The position numbers and the translations under genes are program-made. The notes below the pieces were generated by a model that saw nothing but the letters and a program-made list of their open reading frames with translations, had not been told where the DNA came from and did no database searches. Below, piece by piece: positions 31,969 to 32,000 of a stretch of DNA of 32,000 bases. The DNA lies in contig NZ_CP042905.2 of assembly GCF_008000775.2 (NCBI RefSeq), forward strand, positions 3,300,001 through 3,332,000, in the 5' to 3' direction. Each line of letters begins with the position of its first letter. The stretch's first letter is position 1. Source of the DNA: Promethearchaeum syntrophicum. Its GTDB lineage: Archaea; Asgardarchaeota; Lokiarchaeia; Sigyniarchaeales; Promethearchaeaceae.

Positions 31969-32000
31969 ATATTTTTTAGCCTTTAATTCATCTTCTCGTG

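Noticed and set aside
1-32000. A search for tRNA, rRNA, other structured RNA genes, CRISPR arrays, transposases and integrases.
   Set aside because: No GC-rich islands stand out from the AT-rich background in any intergenic region. I saw no regularly spaced direct repeats and no ORF with recombinase or transposase motifs. This was visual inspection only, so a tRNAscan/Infernal run would be needed to be definitive.

Overview
The window is very AT-rich (about 30% GC by eye, not computed). It is gene-dense, and its proteins are rich in Lys, Ile and Asn. Gene content and signals fit an archaeon best: TATA-like boxes about 25 nt upstream of starts, oligo-T terminators without hairpins, GGTG-type Shine-Dalgarno sequences inside operons, a tandem Roadblock/LC7 protein, and SMC with ScpB. 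The lineage cannot be assigned from sequence alone. I support 28 protein-coding genes. Housekeeping anchors are glnA, pyrG, smc, scpB and aroC. Enzymes recognised by motif are two alpha/beta hydrolases, an MFS transporter, an MBL-fold hydrolase, a GNAT, a class II aldolase, a beta-lactamase-family serine hydrolase, a PAP2 phosphatase, a HAD-IIB phosphatase, a flavodoxin-like protein and a PhnN-like kinase. I found no rRNA, tRNA, CRISPR array, transposase or integrase. Two things stand out. (1) At 10.7-18.3 kb, two different AAA+/vWA modules are transcribed divergently around two small proteins. One module is a ChlI-type ATPase fused to a vWA domain. The other is a MoxR-type ATPase translationally coupled to an HExxH-plus-vWA protein. 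The small proteins are a YbjN-like protein and a membrane-anchored FKBP-like protein. Four of the five proteins in this cluster (all but the ChlI-vWA fusion) carry lysine-rich N-terminal tails, and the tails of the MoxR and vWA genes are encoded by A11-A14 homopolymer tracts. This is the best candidate for an uncharacterised multi-component system. (2) A decayed, frameshifted copy of the smc 3' end lies about 1.35 kb downstream of the real smc terminus. The PAP2 gene is therefore bracketed by direct repeats of the smc tail, which looks like an insertion or duplication scar. Smaller observations cover an Asp-for-Ser nucleophile in one hydrolase, aroC flanked by a flavodoxin-like gene and a P-loop kinase, a coiled-coil ORF with no canonical start, an 11-nt direct repeat in the smc divergent promoter, and an insertion in PyrG.
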